Positions 18,583-28,309 of a stretch of 64,000 bases of DNA are shown here, piece by piece. Each line of letters begins with the position of its first letter. The first letter of the stretch is position 1. A program made the translations under genes and the position numbers. Under the pieces are notes generated by a model, which searched no databases, was not told the origin of the DNA, and saw only the letters and a program-made list of their open reading frames with translations. Origin of the DNA: an uncultured Acidobacteriota bacterium (GTDB taxonomy: Bacteria > Acidobacteriota > Thermoanaerobaculia > Multivoradales > UBA5704); assembly GCA_963770895.1 (NCBI GenBank), contig CAVYRF010000001.1, forward strand, positions 96,001 through 160,000, written 5' to 3'.

Positions 18583-21500
18583 AGATCAGAAAAACGCTTC
18601 TCCTCATTGGCATCTTCGCGCTGGCAGGCCAACACGCTCATGGAGCCACCGTGTATCATTTTGGTGCCGATCCTCTTGCCGACGTTCAGGAGGCAGCCGC
18701 AAACTATAACGCCTGCCCGAAGCACCTCAACACAGAACAGTTGGTCGCTCTCATGCTCTCGCCGACCTGGTGGGAGGTTGCCGGCCAGAGTGGTAACAAC
18801 ACCCCGTCTCCGATGACTCTCGGTCGCCACGACAATGGAAACATGTTGTATCTTCCGGGCCAATGGATGGCTGGGGCACCCTATCGTCGCGTTTTTTGGC
18901 ATCCGGGTATCGGCGTGTGGGAGCTGGACGACAGGTTCAAGGGGTCCTCTCTAAGCATTGAAAAATTCACTACCAGCCAAATCGCGCCTATGGAAGGCTC
19001 GGCACAGTTCGTGGCGCACGACATGTCAATGACATACTGCAATCATTACAACAGCGACGAGACCATCCCGTTGTATTGGGTGTTTAGTCCGTATTGCGCG
19101 TGCGCCAGCGACATGGCGTGCAATACCAGCAGCCAGTATCATAGGCAACACCCAGATTCCGCAAACTGCAATGCAACTTATACCAAGCTTGTAGGTGGAG
19201 CGGCTGTTATTCCTGACCCGTCCCATCCAACCGACAGCTATGGTGGTGGGAAGCCGGACTCGTGTCACTTTGCTGGTGCGCCGGACGCATCGTTCCCCTG
19301 CATCTTCGTAGACCCTGAACATAATGCTCAGGGAGATATCTCTTGGACCCAGTCTCCACCTCCGAACCCGACAAACGCGAATCCGCCCCTTGCGCTTCCC
19401 TTCTATGTGTTCTACCAGCTTGACAATACGGTTCAGCCGCCAGTGCAGTATGAATGGCGCTACTGGATGCAAGAAGTCACTTTCTACCCACAGGACAATG
19501 CGGCGAGGCGAGAGTACGGCACTGGTTCGTCAGAACAGCTTCAATGGTTTCCAGGTGGAGCCATCTCTAATTTGCGTGCAAGTAACTATGGGCTTTGCGA
19601 CGAGACTATGAAGCGTGGCGCTTGCGGCGTTCAGCCGCCTCCCCCTTCAAACCTCTCCGTCATCCTCACGGCGACTCCAGCCAGCGGGCCTGCGCCCCTG
19701 AACGGCGTTACCTTGCAAGCTAACGTGACGGGTACTCCGAACGAGACCATCAACTACACCTTCTATTGCGACCGACCGGACCACGGCACGAACATCACGC
19801 AGCCCTGGGACTATAAGCAGGACACGGTATCGCGGACTCAAATGAGGGTCCCCGGCGGGACCTGCGATTACCTGTATAAAAATCCCGGAACATACACCGC
19901 GAAGGTCATAGCCGAGCAGGGAAACGGCGCGGCGCAGAGTCAGGTGACGATTACGGTGAGCGGTGGCGGCACGTCCGGGTGCTTCCCTCTCGTACTTGCC
20001 ACGAACAACCCGGCCGGTGGCGCGGCGCCCGTGGCCTCTCCGCCGGGAAGCGACCCCTGCGCCGTGGGCGAGTACCAGCCCGGTACGCAGATCCAGCTCA
20101 CGGCGACACCGGCGAGCGGCTGGACGGTCGGCAGCTGGACCGGAACGGCGGACGACCCGAGCACTTCGGACACTAACAGCCTCGTCATGCCGGCGGCGAG
20201 CCACACGGCGACCGTGAACTATGTCCAATCGGCGCCGAGCCCCCTTACGATCACCACGACCTCTTTGCCGGATGGTTTCGTCGGCCAGCTGTACATGACC
20301 ACGCTCATGGCCTCGGGCGGTACCGGCACCGGCTACCATTGGAGCATACAGAGCGGCAGCCTTCCGGCAGGGCTCGGCGGCAACGGCCAGACCGGCGTCA
20401 TAAGCGGCACGCCGACACAGGGTGGCATCGGCAGCAATTTCACCGTGGGCGTCACGGATTCCGGCGGCGACTCCGCGAGCCGGCGGTTCTCGCTCTACGT
20501 GGAGCCGGCGGCGGGCCTCGCGATCAATTCGAGCGCTGCGGGCAGCTTCGCCTTCTTCGTAGGCAACCCATACACGCGAGCGAACTCGATCACTTATACC
20601 GCCGAGGGCGGCCAGGCGCCGTACTCCTGGAGCGCGACCGGCTTGCCGCCGGGCCTCCAGATCGATCCCGCGGGCGGCTTCCTCTATGGGACGCCCACGG
20701 CGACCGGGAGCTATTCGGCGACCATCAAGGCTGAGGACTCGACCGGCAAGACGGGCTCGCTTTCGGTGGTGCTCCCGGTCACGAAGACGACCATCACCAT
20801 CTCCGGCTCGGGAGGCCAGGTACCGGCGAACCCACCGGCGGGCCAGGTCGGGAAGAGCTATGTGACCTTCTTCGAAGCCGGCGGCGGGAGCAACGCAGGC
20901 TTCCAGTGGTCCGTACAAGGGAGCCTGCCGCCTGGCCTCGTGTCCCAAAACGGCCCCGGCTGTCCGGCAATCTGCGCTCTCGAAGTCACCGGCACGCCGA
21001 CCATGCCCGGCACCTATACTTTCACCGTTTCGGTGACCGACTCCCTCGGCGATCAAGGAAGCCAGGCCGAAACGATCGTCGTGAACTCCGGGACGCCGCC
21101 CTCGATCACGACCACCCAGCTCCCCACCGCGACAATCGGGTCCACCTACACGGCGAGCCTCGCCGCCACCGGTGGCACGCCGCCATATCGCTGGAGCTTC
21201 GTGGGCGCGAGTCCGGACCCCGGCATCACCCTCTCGCAGAGCGGCACCTTTGGCGGCGCCTCCCGAAACACGAACGACTGCCCGACCGGCTCCTCGGACG
21301 GCCTCGGCGGGCGTTGGGTCGGCACCGGCTATCCCTCGACCTACTTCCAGGTGCTCGTCACGGACGCCGCCGGCCAGAGCAGCTCGAAGCAGCTCTGCCT
21401 CGTCTCCTACTACCCGCGACCCCAGGTGACCTCGGACACGCCGTCCTCAGTCACGATCGACGGCGCGAGCCATACGTTCACCTTGAACGGCGCGAACTTC

Positions 21501-22028
21501 AGGAGCACGTCGTACATCGTCACGAACGGTGGTGGCACTCTCCCCTCGACCTACGTGGGACCGAACGCGCTCTCTTTCACGCTCTACGTCGGCAGTTTTT
21601 ACCCGCTCTGCGCGAATCCGAACGGCACCGACTGCTTTGATGCGCAGACCCTCCCGCAGTGGGTGATCGAGCCGTACTCGAACATAAGCACGACGAGCGT
21701 CGGCCTCCCGATCTACAACCCGCCGCCGACCCTAAGTTCGGTCGCGGCCGTGCTCGACAACACGAACCAGCCCTGCACCGCAAACCAGCTCTGCCAACTC
21801 GTGGTCACTGGTAGCGGATTCTCCTTCACCGGCGACACCTCAATGCTTATCGTGGAAGCGAACGAGAGCGTGACGATCGCCACCTACCCCTCGGGACCGC
21901 CGCCATGGGGACAGATCATCACGGGCGCGTTCTCCCTGCCATCCGGGACCTATACCTTGCAGGTCACGAACAATCACCAGGCGGGCGGGTCGAACGTGTC
22001 GGTATCGACGACCTTCCAAGTGAACTGA
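18579..22028 (+). CDS. Secreted multidomain protein: unknown N-terminal domain + PKD/B-repeat + putative Ig (He_PIG) repeats
   Basis: Signal peptide, then repeated ITTTSLPDG...ASGGT.PY.WS..G.LPAGL...ISGTPT modules. Confidence 0.8.
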   Translation: MKIRKTLLLIGIFALAGQHAHGATVYHFGADPLADVQEAAANYNACPKHLNTEQLVALMLSPTWWEVAGQSGNNTPSPMTLGRHDNGNMLYLPGQWMAGAPYRRVFWHPGIGVWELDDRFKGSSLSIEKFTTSQIAPMEGSAQFVAHDMSMTYCNHYNSDETIPLYWVFSPYCACASDMACNTSSQYHRQHPDSANCNATYTKLVGGAAVIPDPSHPTDSYGGGKPDSCHFAGAPDASFPCIFVDPEHNAQGDISWTQSPPPNPTNANPPLALPFYVFYQLDNTVQPPVQYEWRYWMQEVTFYPQDNAARREYGTGSSEQLQWFPGGAISNLRASNYGLCDETMKRGACGVQPPPPSNLSVILTATPASGPAPLNGVTLQANVTGTPNETINYTFYCDRPDHGTNITQPWDYKQDTVSRTQMRVPGGTCDYLYKNPGTYTAKVIAEQGNGAAQSQVTITVSGGGTSGCFPLVLATNNPAGGAAPVASPPGSDPCAVGEYQPGTQIQLTATPASGWTVGSWTGTADDPSTSDTNSLVMPAASHTATVNYVQSAPSPLTITTTSLPDGFVGQLYMTTLMASGGTGTGYHWSIQSGSLPAGLGGNGQTGVISGTPTQGGIGSNFTVGVTDSGGDSASRRFSLYVEPAAGLAINSSAAGSFAFFVGNPYTRANSITYTAEGGQAPYSWSATGLPPGLQIDPAGGFLYGTPTATGSYSATIKAEDSTGKTGSLSVVLPVTKTTITISGSGGQVPANPPAGQVGKSYVTFFEAGGGSNAGFQWSVQGSLPPGLVSQNGPGCPAICALEVTGTPTMPGTYTFTVSVTDSLGDQGSQAETIVVNSGTPPSITTTQLPTATIGSTYTASLAATGGTPPYRWSFVGASPDPGITLSQSGTFGGASRNTNDCPTGSSDGLGGRWVGTGYPSTYFQVLVTDAAGQSSSKQLCLVSYYPRPQVTSDTPSSVTIDGASHTFTLNGANFRSTSYIVTNGGGTLPSTYVGPNALSFTLYVGSFYPLCANPNGTDCFDAQTLPQWVIEPYSNISTTSVGLPIYNPPPTLSSVAAVLDNTNQPCTANQLCQLVVTGSGFSFTGDTSMLIVEANESVTIATYPSGPPPWGQIITGAFSLPSGTYTLQVTNNHQAGGSNVSVSTTFQVN

Positions 22029-22035
22029 AGGTGGG

Positions 22036-22067
22036 ATTTGGGCGGCGCCAGATGGCGCCGCCCAAAT
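22036..22067. terminator. Stem-loop after the Ig-domain gene
   Basis: Inverted repeat atttgggcggcgcca / tggcgccgcccaaat. Confidence 0.6.
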
Positions 22068-22102
22068 GGCTCAGGTTCGAGAACGATTAGGAGGCATCTG
22101 CC

Positions 22103-22768
22103 ATGCGTAAGCCGCAGGTCGAAGGCCACTGGCACTCCCTGGTCGAGGGCTTTGCCACCTCATCCCTGGACTTCTACGAGCTGGTAAAGGCCGGCATTGC
22201 GAGGCGGGAGATCCCCGACCTCAAGGTTTCCCAGGTGGAGTGGAAGGAGAGCGGCTTGGGCTCCGGCAAGCGCACCTACCTGCGAGTTAGCCGCGAGGGC
22301 CTGAACTTTGATATCTGCGCCGCGCCCTTCGGCACCGGGTACTTCTTCTCCTGGTGGCTCGCACGCATTCCGCGCGTCCTCTTGGACTTCGCCTTCATCT
22401 TCGGCTGTTTCTGCGCTTGGTGGCTCATTGCCCTCGTCCTCCTCTCGGGGAACCGGGAGGGCCATGGCTGCGGCGTGATCTTCGCCCCCTTCGTGCTCTT
22501 GGCGCTCATCCTCGCCCTCGGCTTCTTCGTCCGCTACGGCGAGAGTGGCCTGGAGACGACCGTTCTCTCCATGCCGATCACCGGCTTCTGCTATGGGCTC
22601 ATCTTCCGCCCGCAGACATATGTCAACGAGGACACCGCGATCATGTTCCGAGAGTCGGTCCACCACGCGGTCACGGAAGCTATCGACCAGGTGACCTCCG
22701 CTCAAGGCGTGCGCGGGCTCTCCGAGGAGGCGCGTAAGATCACCTTCCAGCCGGGCGGCAAGAGATGA
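22103..22768 (+). CDS. Hypothetical membrane protein
   Basis: AGGAGG RBS and two or three hydrophobic helices. It lies 17 bp upstream of the large ATPase. Confidence 0.7.
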   Translation: MRKPQVEGHWHSLVEGFATSSLDFYELVKAGIARREIPDLKVSQVEWKESGLGSGKRTYLRVSREGLNFDICAAPFGTGYFFSWWLARIPRVLLDFAFIFGCFCAWWLIALVLLSGNREGHGCGVIFAPFVLLALILALGFFVRYGESGLETTVLSMPITGFCYGLIFRPQTYVNEDTAIMFRESVHHAVTEAIDQVTSAQGVRGLSEEARKITFQPGGKR

Positions 22769-22785
22769 CCGCCGCGGGATAGAGG

Positions 22786-25779
22786 ATGAGCCGTACCACC
22801 CTGCCGGAGCGCCTTACCGAGCAGTTCTACGCCTGGGAACTGCGCGGTCGGGGCTGGCAGGAGTTTCCCTCCGCGGTCGCGCTCGAACCGCCCTACGTAC
22901 CCTTCCCCGGATACTTCCTGCCGCCGATCAGGGACGACGGCCACCGGCCGGGACTCCTCAGTCGCTTCCTGGCACCGCCTCGGCGAGAAGAAGAAACACC
23001 AGAGCTTGAGGAACCCGAACCGGAAGCGTTCCAAACCGACGAGCCCTTGATCGAGTGCCTCGTCTCCCTGCCGCGGGACGAGGCGGTGAAGCCCGAGAGC
23101 GCCGAGCGCTTTCTCCTGGCCCTCTCCGGCGCCGAGCTGCCCTTGGCCTTCGAGGTGGTGGGCCTCTCGGATCAGCTCCGCGTGCAGCTCGTCTCCCGCG
23201 CGCCGGATGCGGGACTCCTCGCAAACCAGCTCCGGGCCTTCTTCCCCGAGGTCTCGATCGCGACCGAGCCGGAAGGGTTGCGGCAGACGTGGACGCGCAC
23301 GCAGGGCGAGACCGTCCTCGTCCACTTCGGCTTGGCGCGCGAGTTCATGCTGCCCTTGGCCTCCTTCCGCTCCCTCGACCCCGATCCCTTGCTGCCGCTC
23401 TTCGGCGCGATGGCCGAGCTCGAACAGGGCGAGATAGGACTCGTCCAGGTGATCTTCCAGCGGGTCCGTGAGCGGTGGGCCGAGAGCGTGATGCGCGCTG
23501 TCGTGACCGGCGGCGGCGAGCCCTTTTTCGCGGACTACCCGGAACTCACGAAGGCTGCGCGGGAGAAGGTTTCCCGGCCCCTGTATGCCGCCTGTCTGCG
23601 GATAGCAGCAAAGAGCAGCGATGCGAGCGGCGCCTGGCGGATCGTGCGCGACCTGGCCGGAGCCGTGACCCATTTCGGCGTGCCTCACGGCAACGAGCTT
23701 CTCCCGCTCGCCTCCGAGGAAGGCGACGACGCGACCGAGCAAATCTTCGAGAGGGTCAGTCGCCGGCCGGGCATGATCGTAGGAAGCGATGAGCTGGCGG
23801 CCTTGGTACACCTCCCGGGCGCCTCAGTGCGGGTGCCGAAGCTCCTGCGGGAGATACGACGATCGAAGGCGGCGCCAGCGCTCTCGCAAGGATCAGGCAT
23901 CCTTCTCGGCGAGAACCTCCACCACGGCAAGACGGTGCCGGTCAGGCTTCCGAATGATCTGCGGCTCCGGCATCTCCATGTGATCGGGGCCTCGGGCTCG
24001 GGCAAGTCCACGCTCCTCATCGATCTCATCATGCAGGACATCGAAGAGGGCCGGGGCGTCGGCGTCCTCGATCCGCACGGCGATCTCATAGACGAGATCG
24101 CGGGGCGCATCCCCGAGGGGCGCCTATCGGACGCCATCCTCTTCGATCCGGCGGACACTGCATACCCGGTTGCCTGGAACATCCTCGAAGCCCACAGCGA
24201 GCTTGAGCGCACGCTCCTTGCCTCGGACCTCGTAGGCATCTTCCGCCGCTTCTCGACCTCCTGGGGCGACCAGATGACAAGCGTTCTTGGGAACGCGGTC
24301 CTCGTGCTCCTTGAAAACCCCGGAAGCACGCTCCTTGATCTCAGGGAGTTCCTGGTGGACCGTTCGGCCCGCGAACGGTTGCTTGCCGCGGTCGATGATC
24401 CATACCTCCTTTCATATTTTCGGCATGAGTTTCAGCTGGCGGCCGGGAAGAGCGTGGGCGCCATCCTCACGAGGCTCGATGGCTTCTTGAGAAGCAAGAC
24501 GGTGCGCCAGATTGTCGGCGCTCGTGAGAGCCGGCTTGATCTTCGCGCCGTCGTAGACCAGGGGCAGATCTTCCTTGCCCGGCTCTCCGAGGGCGCGATC
24601 GGGGAGGAGAACGCAGCGCTCCTCGGAAGCCTCCTCGTCTCCAAGTTCCACCAGATCACGATGAGCCGGCAGGAGGTGAAAAGAGAAGAGCGCCGGCCCT
24701 TCTTCCTTTACGCGGACGAGTGCCAAGAGGTAGCCACTTCTTCCATGGCGCAGCTCCTTGCGGGAGCGAGGAAGTACGGCTTGGGACTCACGCTTGCCCA
24801 TCAGGATCTCCGCCAGCTAGAAGCGAAAGCTCCCGAGGTCGCCTCGGCCCTTCTCGGGAACGCCGGCACGCGCATCGCCTTCCGGGTCGGTGACCGGGAC
24901 GCGAAGGCTCTCTCCGAGGGTCTCTCCTTCTTTGGCGCTGGCGACCTCATGAGCCTGCGAGTTGGGGAGGCCATCGCCCGGATCGACAACTCGCAGGGTG
25001 ACTGCAATCTAAAGACGCATCTTCTGCCGGCGGTGGCGCCAGAGACGGCCGCCGAGCGGCGCGAGGCGATCACCGCTCGCTCGCGCGAGCGCTATGCCGT
25101 GCGGCGTGAAGAGCGGCAAAGAGCGGCTGAGTCGGAGCCAGAGGTCACACGGCCGGCAGCTCCACGCACGGAAAGGACGCCACCGCCGGTCCCGACCAAG
25201 CCAGCACCCACCCCGCCGCAACCGGCACCGGCCCGCGAGCGCGGGACTCCGCCCATCGCGCCTCCGCCCCTCGGCCGCGGTGGGCCGGAGCATCAGTACC
25301 TCCAAGAACTCGTGAAGCGCTGGGGCGAGGCCAAGGGTTACCGGGCGACGGTCGAGGAACCGTTGCCGTCCGGCGGCCGGGTGGACGTGGCTCTGCGGCG
25401 CGAGGGGCATTCCCTCGCTTGCGAGATCTCGGTCACGACTGGCGCCGAGCACGAAATTGGGAACGTCCTGAAATGCCTTGAGGCGGAATTCGATGATGTG
25501 GTCCTCCTCTCGCTCCATCGCGGCACGCTCGGCAAGGTGCGGCAGGCGGCGGAAACCAGGGTGGCCGAGAAGGACCGGGGCCGTCTCCACTTTATGAGCC
25601 CGGAGGAGTTTTTCACGTTCCTTGACGCTCCGGCGCCGGCTGCGACCGAAACAACGGTAGGCGGGTACAAGGTGAAGGTGAAGTACCGGCCGGCCGAGGG
25701 CGAAGCGGCGACGAGGAAAAGCAAGGCGGTCTCGGAGATACTGCTCAAGAGCGTGAAGCGGATGAAAAAAGAGGAATAG
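22786..25779 (+). CDS. Large VirD4/TrwB-like ATPase with C-terminal PD-(D/E)XK nuclease-like domain
   Basis: Walker A GASGSGKS, DPHGDL, Walker B LYADECQ and ARKYGLGLTLAHQ, then a Pro-rich linker and H...E...RVDVAL...ACEISVT. Confidence 0.82.
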   Translation: MSRTTLPERLTEQFYAWELRGRGWQEFPSAVALEPPYVPFPGYFLPPIRDDGHRPGLLSRFLAPPRREEETPELEEPEPEAFQTDEPLIECLVSLPRDEAVKPESAERFLLALSGAELPLAFEVVGLSDQLRVQLVSRAPDAGLLANQLRAFFPEVSIATEPEGLRQTWTRTQGETVLVHFGLAREFMLPLASFRSLDPDPLLPLFGAMAELEQGEIGLVQVIFQRVRERWAESVMRAVVTGGGEPFFADYPELTKAAREKVSRPLYAACLRIAAKSSDASGAWRIVRDLAGAVTHFGVPHGNELLPLASEEGDDATEQIFERVSRRPGMIVGSDELAALVHLPGASVRVPKLLREIRRSKAAPALSQGSGILLGENLHHGKTVPVRLPNDLRLRHLHVIGASGSGKSTLLIDLIMQDIEEGRGVGVLDPHGDLIDEIAGRIPEGRLSDAILFDPADTAYPVAWNILEAHSELERTLLASDLVGIFRRFSTSWGDQMTSVLGNAVLVLLENPGSTLLDLREFLVDRSARERLLAAVDDPYLLSYFRHEFQLAAGKSVGAILTRLDGFLRSKTVRQIVGARESRLDLRAVVDQGQIFLARLSEGAIGEENAALLGSLLVSKFHQITMSRQEVKREERRPFFLYADECQEVATSSMAQLLAGARKYGLGLTLAHQDLRQLEAKAPEVASALLGNAGTRIAFRVGDRDAKALSEGLSFFGAGDLMSLRVGEAIARIDNSQGDCNLKTHLLPAVAPETAAERREAITARSRERYAVRREERQRAAESEPEVTRPAAPRTERTPPPVPTKPAPTPPQPAPARERGTPPIAPPPLGRGGPEHQYLQELVKRWGEAKGYRATVEEPLPSGGRVDVALRREGHSLACEISVTTGAEHEIGNVLKCLEAEFDDVVLLSLHRGTLGKVRQAAETRVAEKDRGRLHFMSPEEFFTFLDAPAPAATETTVGGYKVKVKYRPAEGEAATRKSKAVSEILLKSVKRMKKEE

Positions 25780-25879
25780 GGAGGGGAGGAGCCCGTAGCC
25801 CGATCGGAAGAAATATCCCAAGATGTGATATTTTCTTTTGGCTGAGGTAGACGGGAACTCCGCAGGAGAGCGAGTGGCT

Positions 25880-27496
25880 ATGACCAAGGCAAAGCAAGCC
25901 GACGAACCGGCCCCGAAGCGCGTCGCGATCTGGATCAGGGTCTCGACCGAGGACCAAGCCAAGGGCGAGAGTCCCGAGCACCACGAGCACCGCGCCCGAG
26001 CCTATGCGGAGGTGAAGGGCTGGCAGGTGGTGACCCTGTATAACCTGGCCGGCGTCTCCGGCAAAGCCGTCATGGCCCACCCGGAAGCCCGCCGGATGAT
26101 GGAGGACGTGAAGGCCGGCCGCATCTCGGGCCTCATCTTCTCCAAGCTCGCGCGCCTGGCCCGCAATACCAAGGAACTCCTCGACTTCGCGGAGTTCTTC
26201 AAGGCGGAGGGCGCCGACCTCATCTCCCTTCAGGAGTCGATCGACACCTCGACCCCCGCCGGCCGCTTCTTCTACACGGTCGTGGCCGGCATGGCGGCCT
26301 GGGAGCGCGAGGAGATCGCCGAGCGCGTCTCGGCCTCTGTCCCTATCCGCGCGAAGCTCGGCAAACCCCTCGGCGGTGCCGCGCCCTTCGGTTACCAGTG
26401 GCATGAGCGGCGCCTCGTGCCCCACCCGGAGGAAGCGCCGGTGCGCCGACTCATCTACGAGCTGTTCCGCGAGCACAAGCGCCTGAAGACCGTCGCGCAG
26501 ACCTTGACCGCGCGCGGCTACCGCACGCGGCGGGGCGAGCGCTTCACGGATACGACGCTGCGCCGCCTCATCGAGGACCCGACCGCGAAAGGCGCGCGGC
26601 GGGCGAACTACACGAAGTCCCGCGGCGACGGCAAGAGCTGGGACTTGAAACCGGCTGCGGAGTGGGTGACCGTCGCCGTGGAGCCCGTCGTCTCCGCGGA
26701 GCTGTGGACGGAATGCAACGCCCTCCTTGCAGAACGGACGCGCACGCGGAAGCCTCCGACCAAGCGGCCGGTCCACCTCTTCACCGGGCTCGTCCACTGC
26801 ACCTGTGGTGGGAACTTCAAGGTTCCCTCAAGCATCCCGAACAAGTACGTCTGCGACGGGTGCCGGCGGAAAATCCCGATCACCGACCTCGAACGGCTCT
26901 TTCAGACGGAACTTGAACGCTTCGTCCTCTCGCCCGCAGCCGTGGCGGCTCACCTCGCCGACGGGGATGCGGCACTCGTCGGGAAGGACGCACTGCTCGC
27001 GTCGCTCCTCTCCGAGCGGGAGCGCCTCGCGGCAGAAGCCGAGAAGCTCTACCGCCTCTACCTGGCCGACTCTCTCTCGGTCGAGAGCTTCGGGGCGAAG
27101 CACCGGCCCCTTGAGGAGCGCCTCCGCCAGCTGGATGAGGAGGTGCCCCGCCTCCAAGGCGAAATCGACTTCCTCCGCATCAGCCTCCTGAACCAGGCCG
27201 AGGTCATCTCTGAAGCTCGCGATCTCTACCACCGCTTTGAGGATTTGCCTTTCGAGGACCGGCGGGCAATCGTCGAGGCGATCGTGGAGCGCATCCAGAT
27301 CGGGAGGGAGGAAATCGAGCTGACGCTCGCCGCCCTCCCTTCCTTTCCCAAGATGACGGCATTTGGGCAACACACCCCCAGGGGTTCATTCATAAGTTGC
27401 CACCCTGCCGCGTCACCCTCCGAGGACGCAAGGCGGCGACCTCAAGAACGTGGCGATGTGATAGCGTCTGATGCGTGCGCACCACACTCGACATAG
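25880..27496 (+). CDS. Large serine recombinase (integrase)
   Basis: IWIRVSTEDQ catalytic motif, LARLARN, recombinase domain (APFGY), Zn-ribbon CTCG...CDGC and a coiled coil. Confidence 0.93.
   Translation: MTKAKQADEPAPKRVAIWIRVSTEDQAKGESPEHHEHRARAYAEVKGWQVVTLYNLAGVSGKAVMAHPEARRMMEDVKAGRISGLIFSKLARLARNTKELLDFAEFFKAEGADLISLQESIDTSTPAGRFFYTVVAGMAAWEREEIAERVSASVPIRAKLGKPLGGAAPFGYQWHERRLVPHPEEAPVRRLIYELFREHKRLKTVAQTLTARGYRTRRGERFTDTTLRRLIEDPTAKGARRANYTKSRGDGKSWDLKPAAEWVTVAVEPVVSAELWTECNALLAERTRTRKPPTKRPVHLFTGLVHCTCGGNFKVPSSIPNKYVCDGCRRKIPITDLERLFQTELERFVLSPAAVAAHLADGDAALVGKDALLASLLSERERLAAEAEKLYRLYLADSLSVESFGAKHRPLEERLRQLDEEVPRLQGEIDFLRISLLNQAEVISEARDLYHRFEDLPFEDRRAIVEAIVERIQIGREEIELTLAALPSFPKMTAFGQHTPRGSFISCHPAASPSEDARRRPQERGDVIASDACAPHST
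27365..27390 (+). repeat. att-like site A inside the recombinase 3' end
   Basis: gggcaacacacccccaggggttcatt is 23/26 identical to 29310-29335. Confidence 0.65.
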
Positions 27497-27717
27497 CAGA
27501 CGATATCCTCCTAGCAGTGAAGGAGAGAGCGCGCCGGCAGAGGCGCAGTTCAGGGGAGGTGCTCTCCGACCTCGCTCGCGAAGCCTTGACCCGGCAGGGC
27601 CACGCCGGCCACGCCGCCGAACCCGAGGCCTTCTACGGCTTCCAGCCCCTCCCTCGCCGGGGCGCCGTCATCTCGAACGAGATGGTCGACCGTCTCCGTG
27701 AGGAGGATCTCGAATAG
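27475..27717 (+). CDS. vapB: VapB-type (RHH/CopG) antitoxin
   Basis: MRTTLDIADDILLAVKERA...SSGEVLSDLAR. It overlaps vapC by 1 bp. Confidence 0.85.
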   Translation: MRTTLDIADDILLAVKERARRQRRSSGEVLSDLAREALTRQGHAGHAAEPEAFYGFQPLPRRGAVISNEMVDRLREEDLE

Positions 27718-28145
27718 TGCGCGCTCTGCTCGACGTCAACGTGCTGCTCGCCTTGCTCGATCGCGATCACGTCGATCACGGTCGCGCCCGCGAGTGGATC
27801 TCGACCGAGATCCACTTGGGCTGGGCCTCGTGCGCCGTGACGCAGAACGGCTTTATCCGCGTGGTCAGCCAGCCCCGCTATCCGAGCCCGGTCTCTGCGA
27901 TGGCAGCGGTCGAGCTTCTGCGCCGAGCGACGGAGACGGAGTACCATGAGTTCTGGCCTTCATCCGTGAGCTTCCTGGACGGGGGACGTATCGACGCGAG
28001 CCGCGTTCACGGACCACGCCAGGTGACCGATGTCTACCTCCTCGCTCTTGCCGTGGAGCGAGGAGGCCGGTTCGTCACGTTCGATCGTTCGGTGCCCACC
28101 ACCGCGGCCCTAGGGGCAGGGAAGCGCCATCTCCTGGTGCTGTGA
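27717..28145 (+). CDS. vapC: VapC PIN-domain toxin
   Basis: LLDVNVLLAL, VTDVYLLALA and FVTFD PIN-domain motifs. Confidence 0.9.
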   Translation: MRALLDVNVLLALLDRDHVDHGRAREWISTEIHLGWASCAVTQNGFIRVVSQPRYPSPVSAMAAVELLRRATETEYHEFWPSSVSFLDGGRIDASRVHGPRQVTDVYLLALAVERGGRFVTFDRSVPTTAALGAGKRHLLVL

Positions 28146-28309
28146 GGGTGAGTGATCGGCCCCGGGGAGCCGTGCGATCGCAACCTGCGGACTGCCATGA
28201 CGCCATGATTGCCGCCACCGCCCGGGTGCGCGTCCTGCGCCTTGTAAGCTGCACCGGAGCGACTTCAAGTCCTTTGACCAGACTGCGACCCGAGAGCGGC
28301 GCGTCGAGG

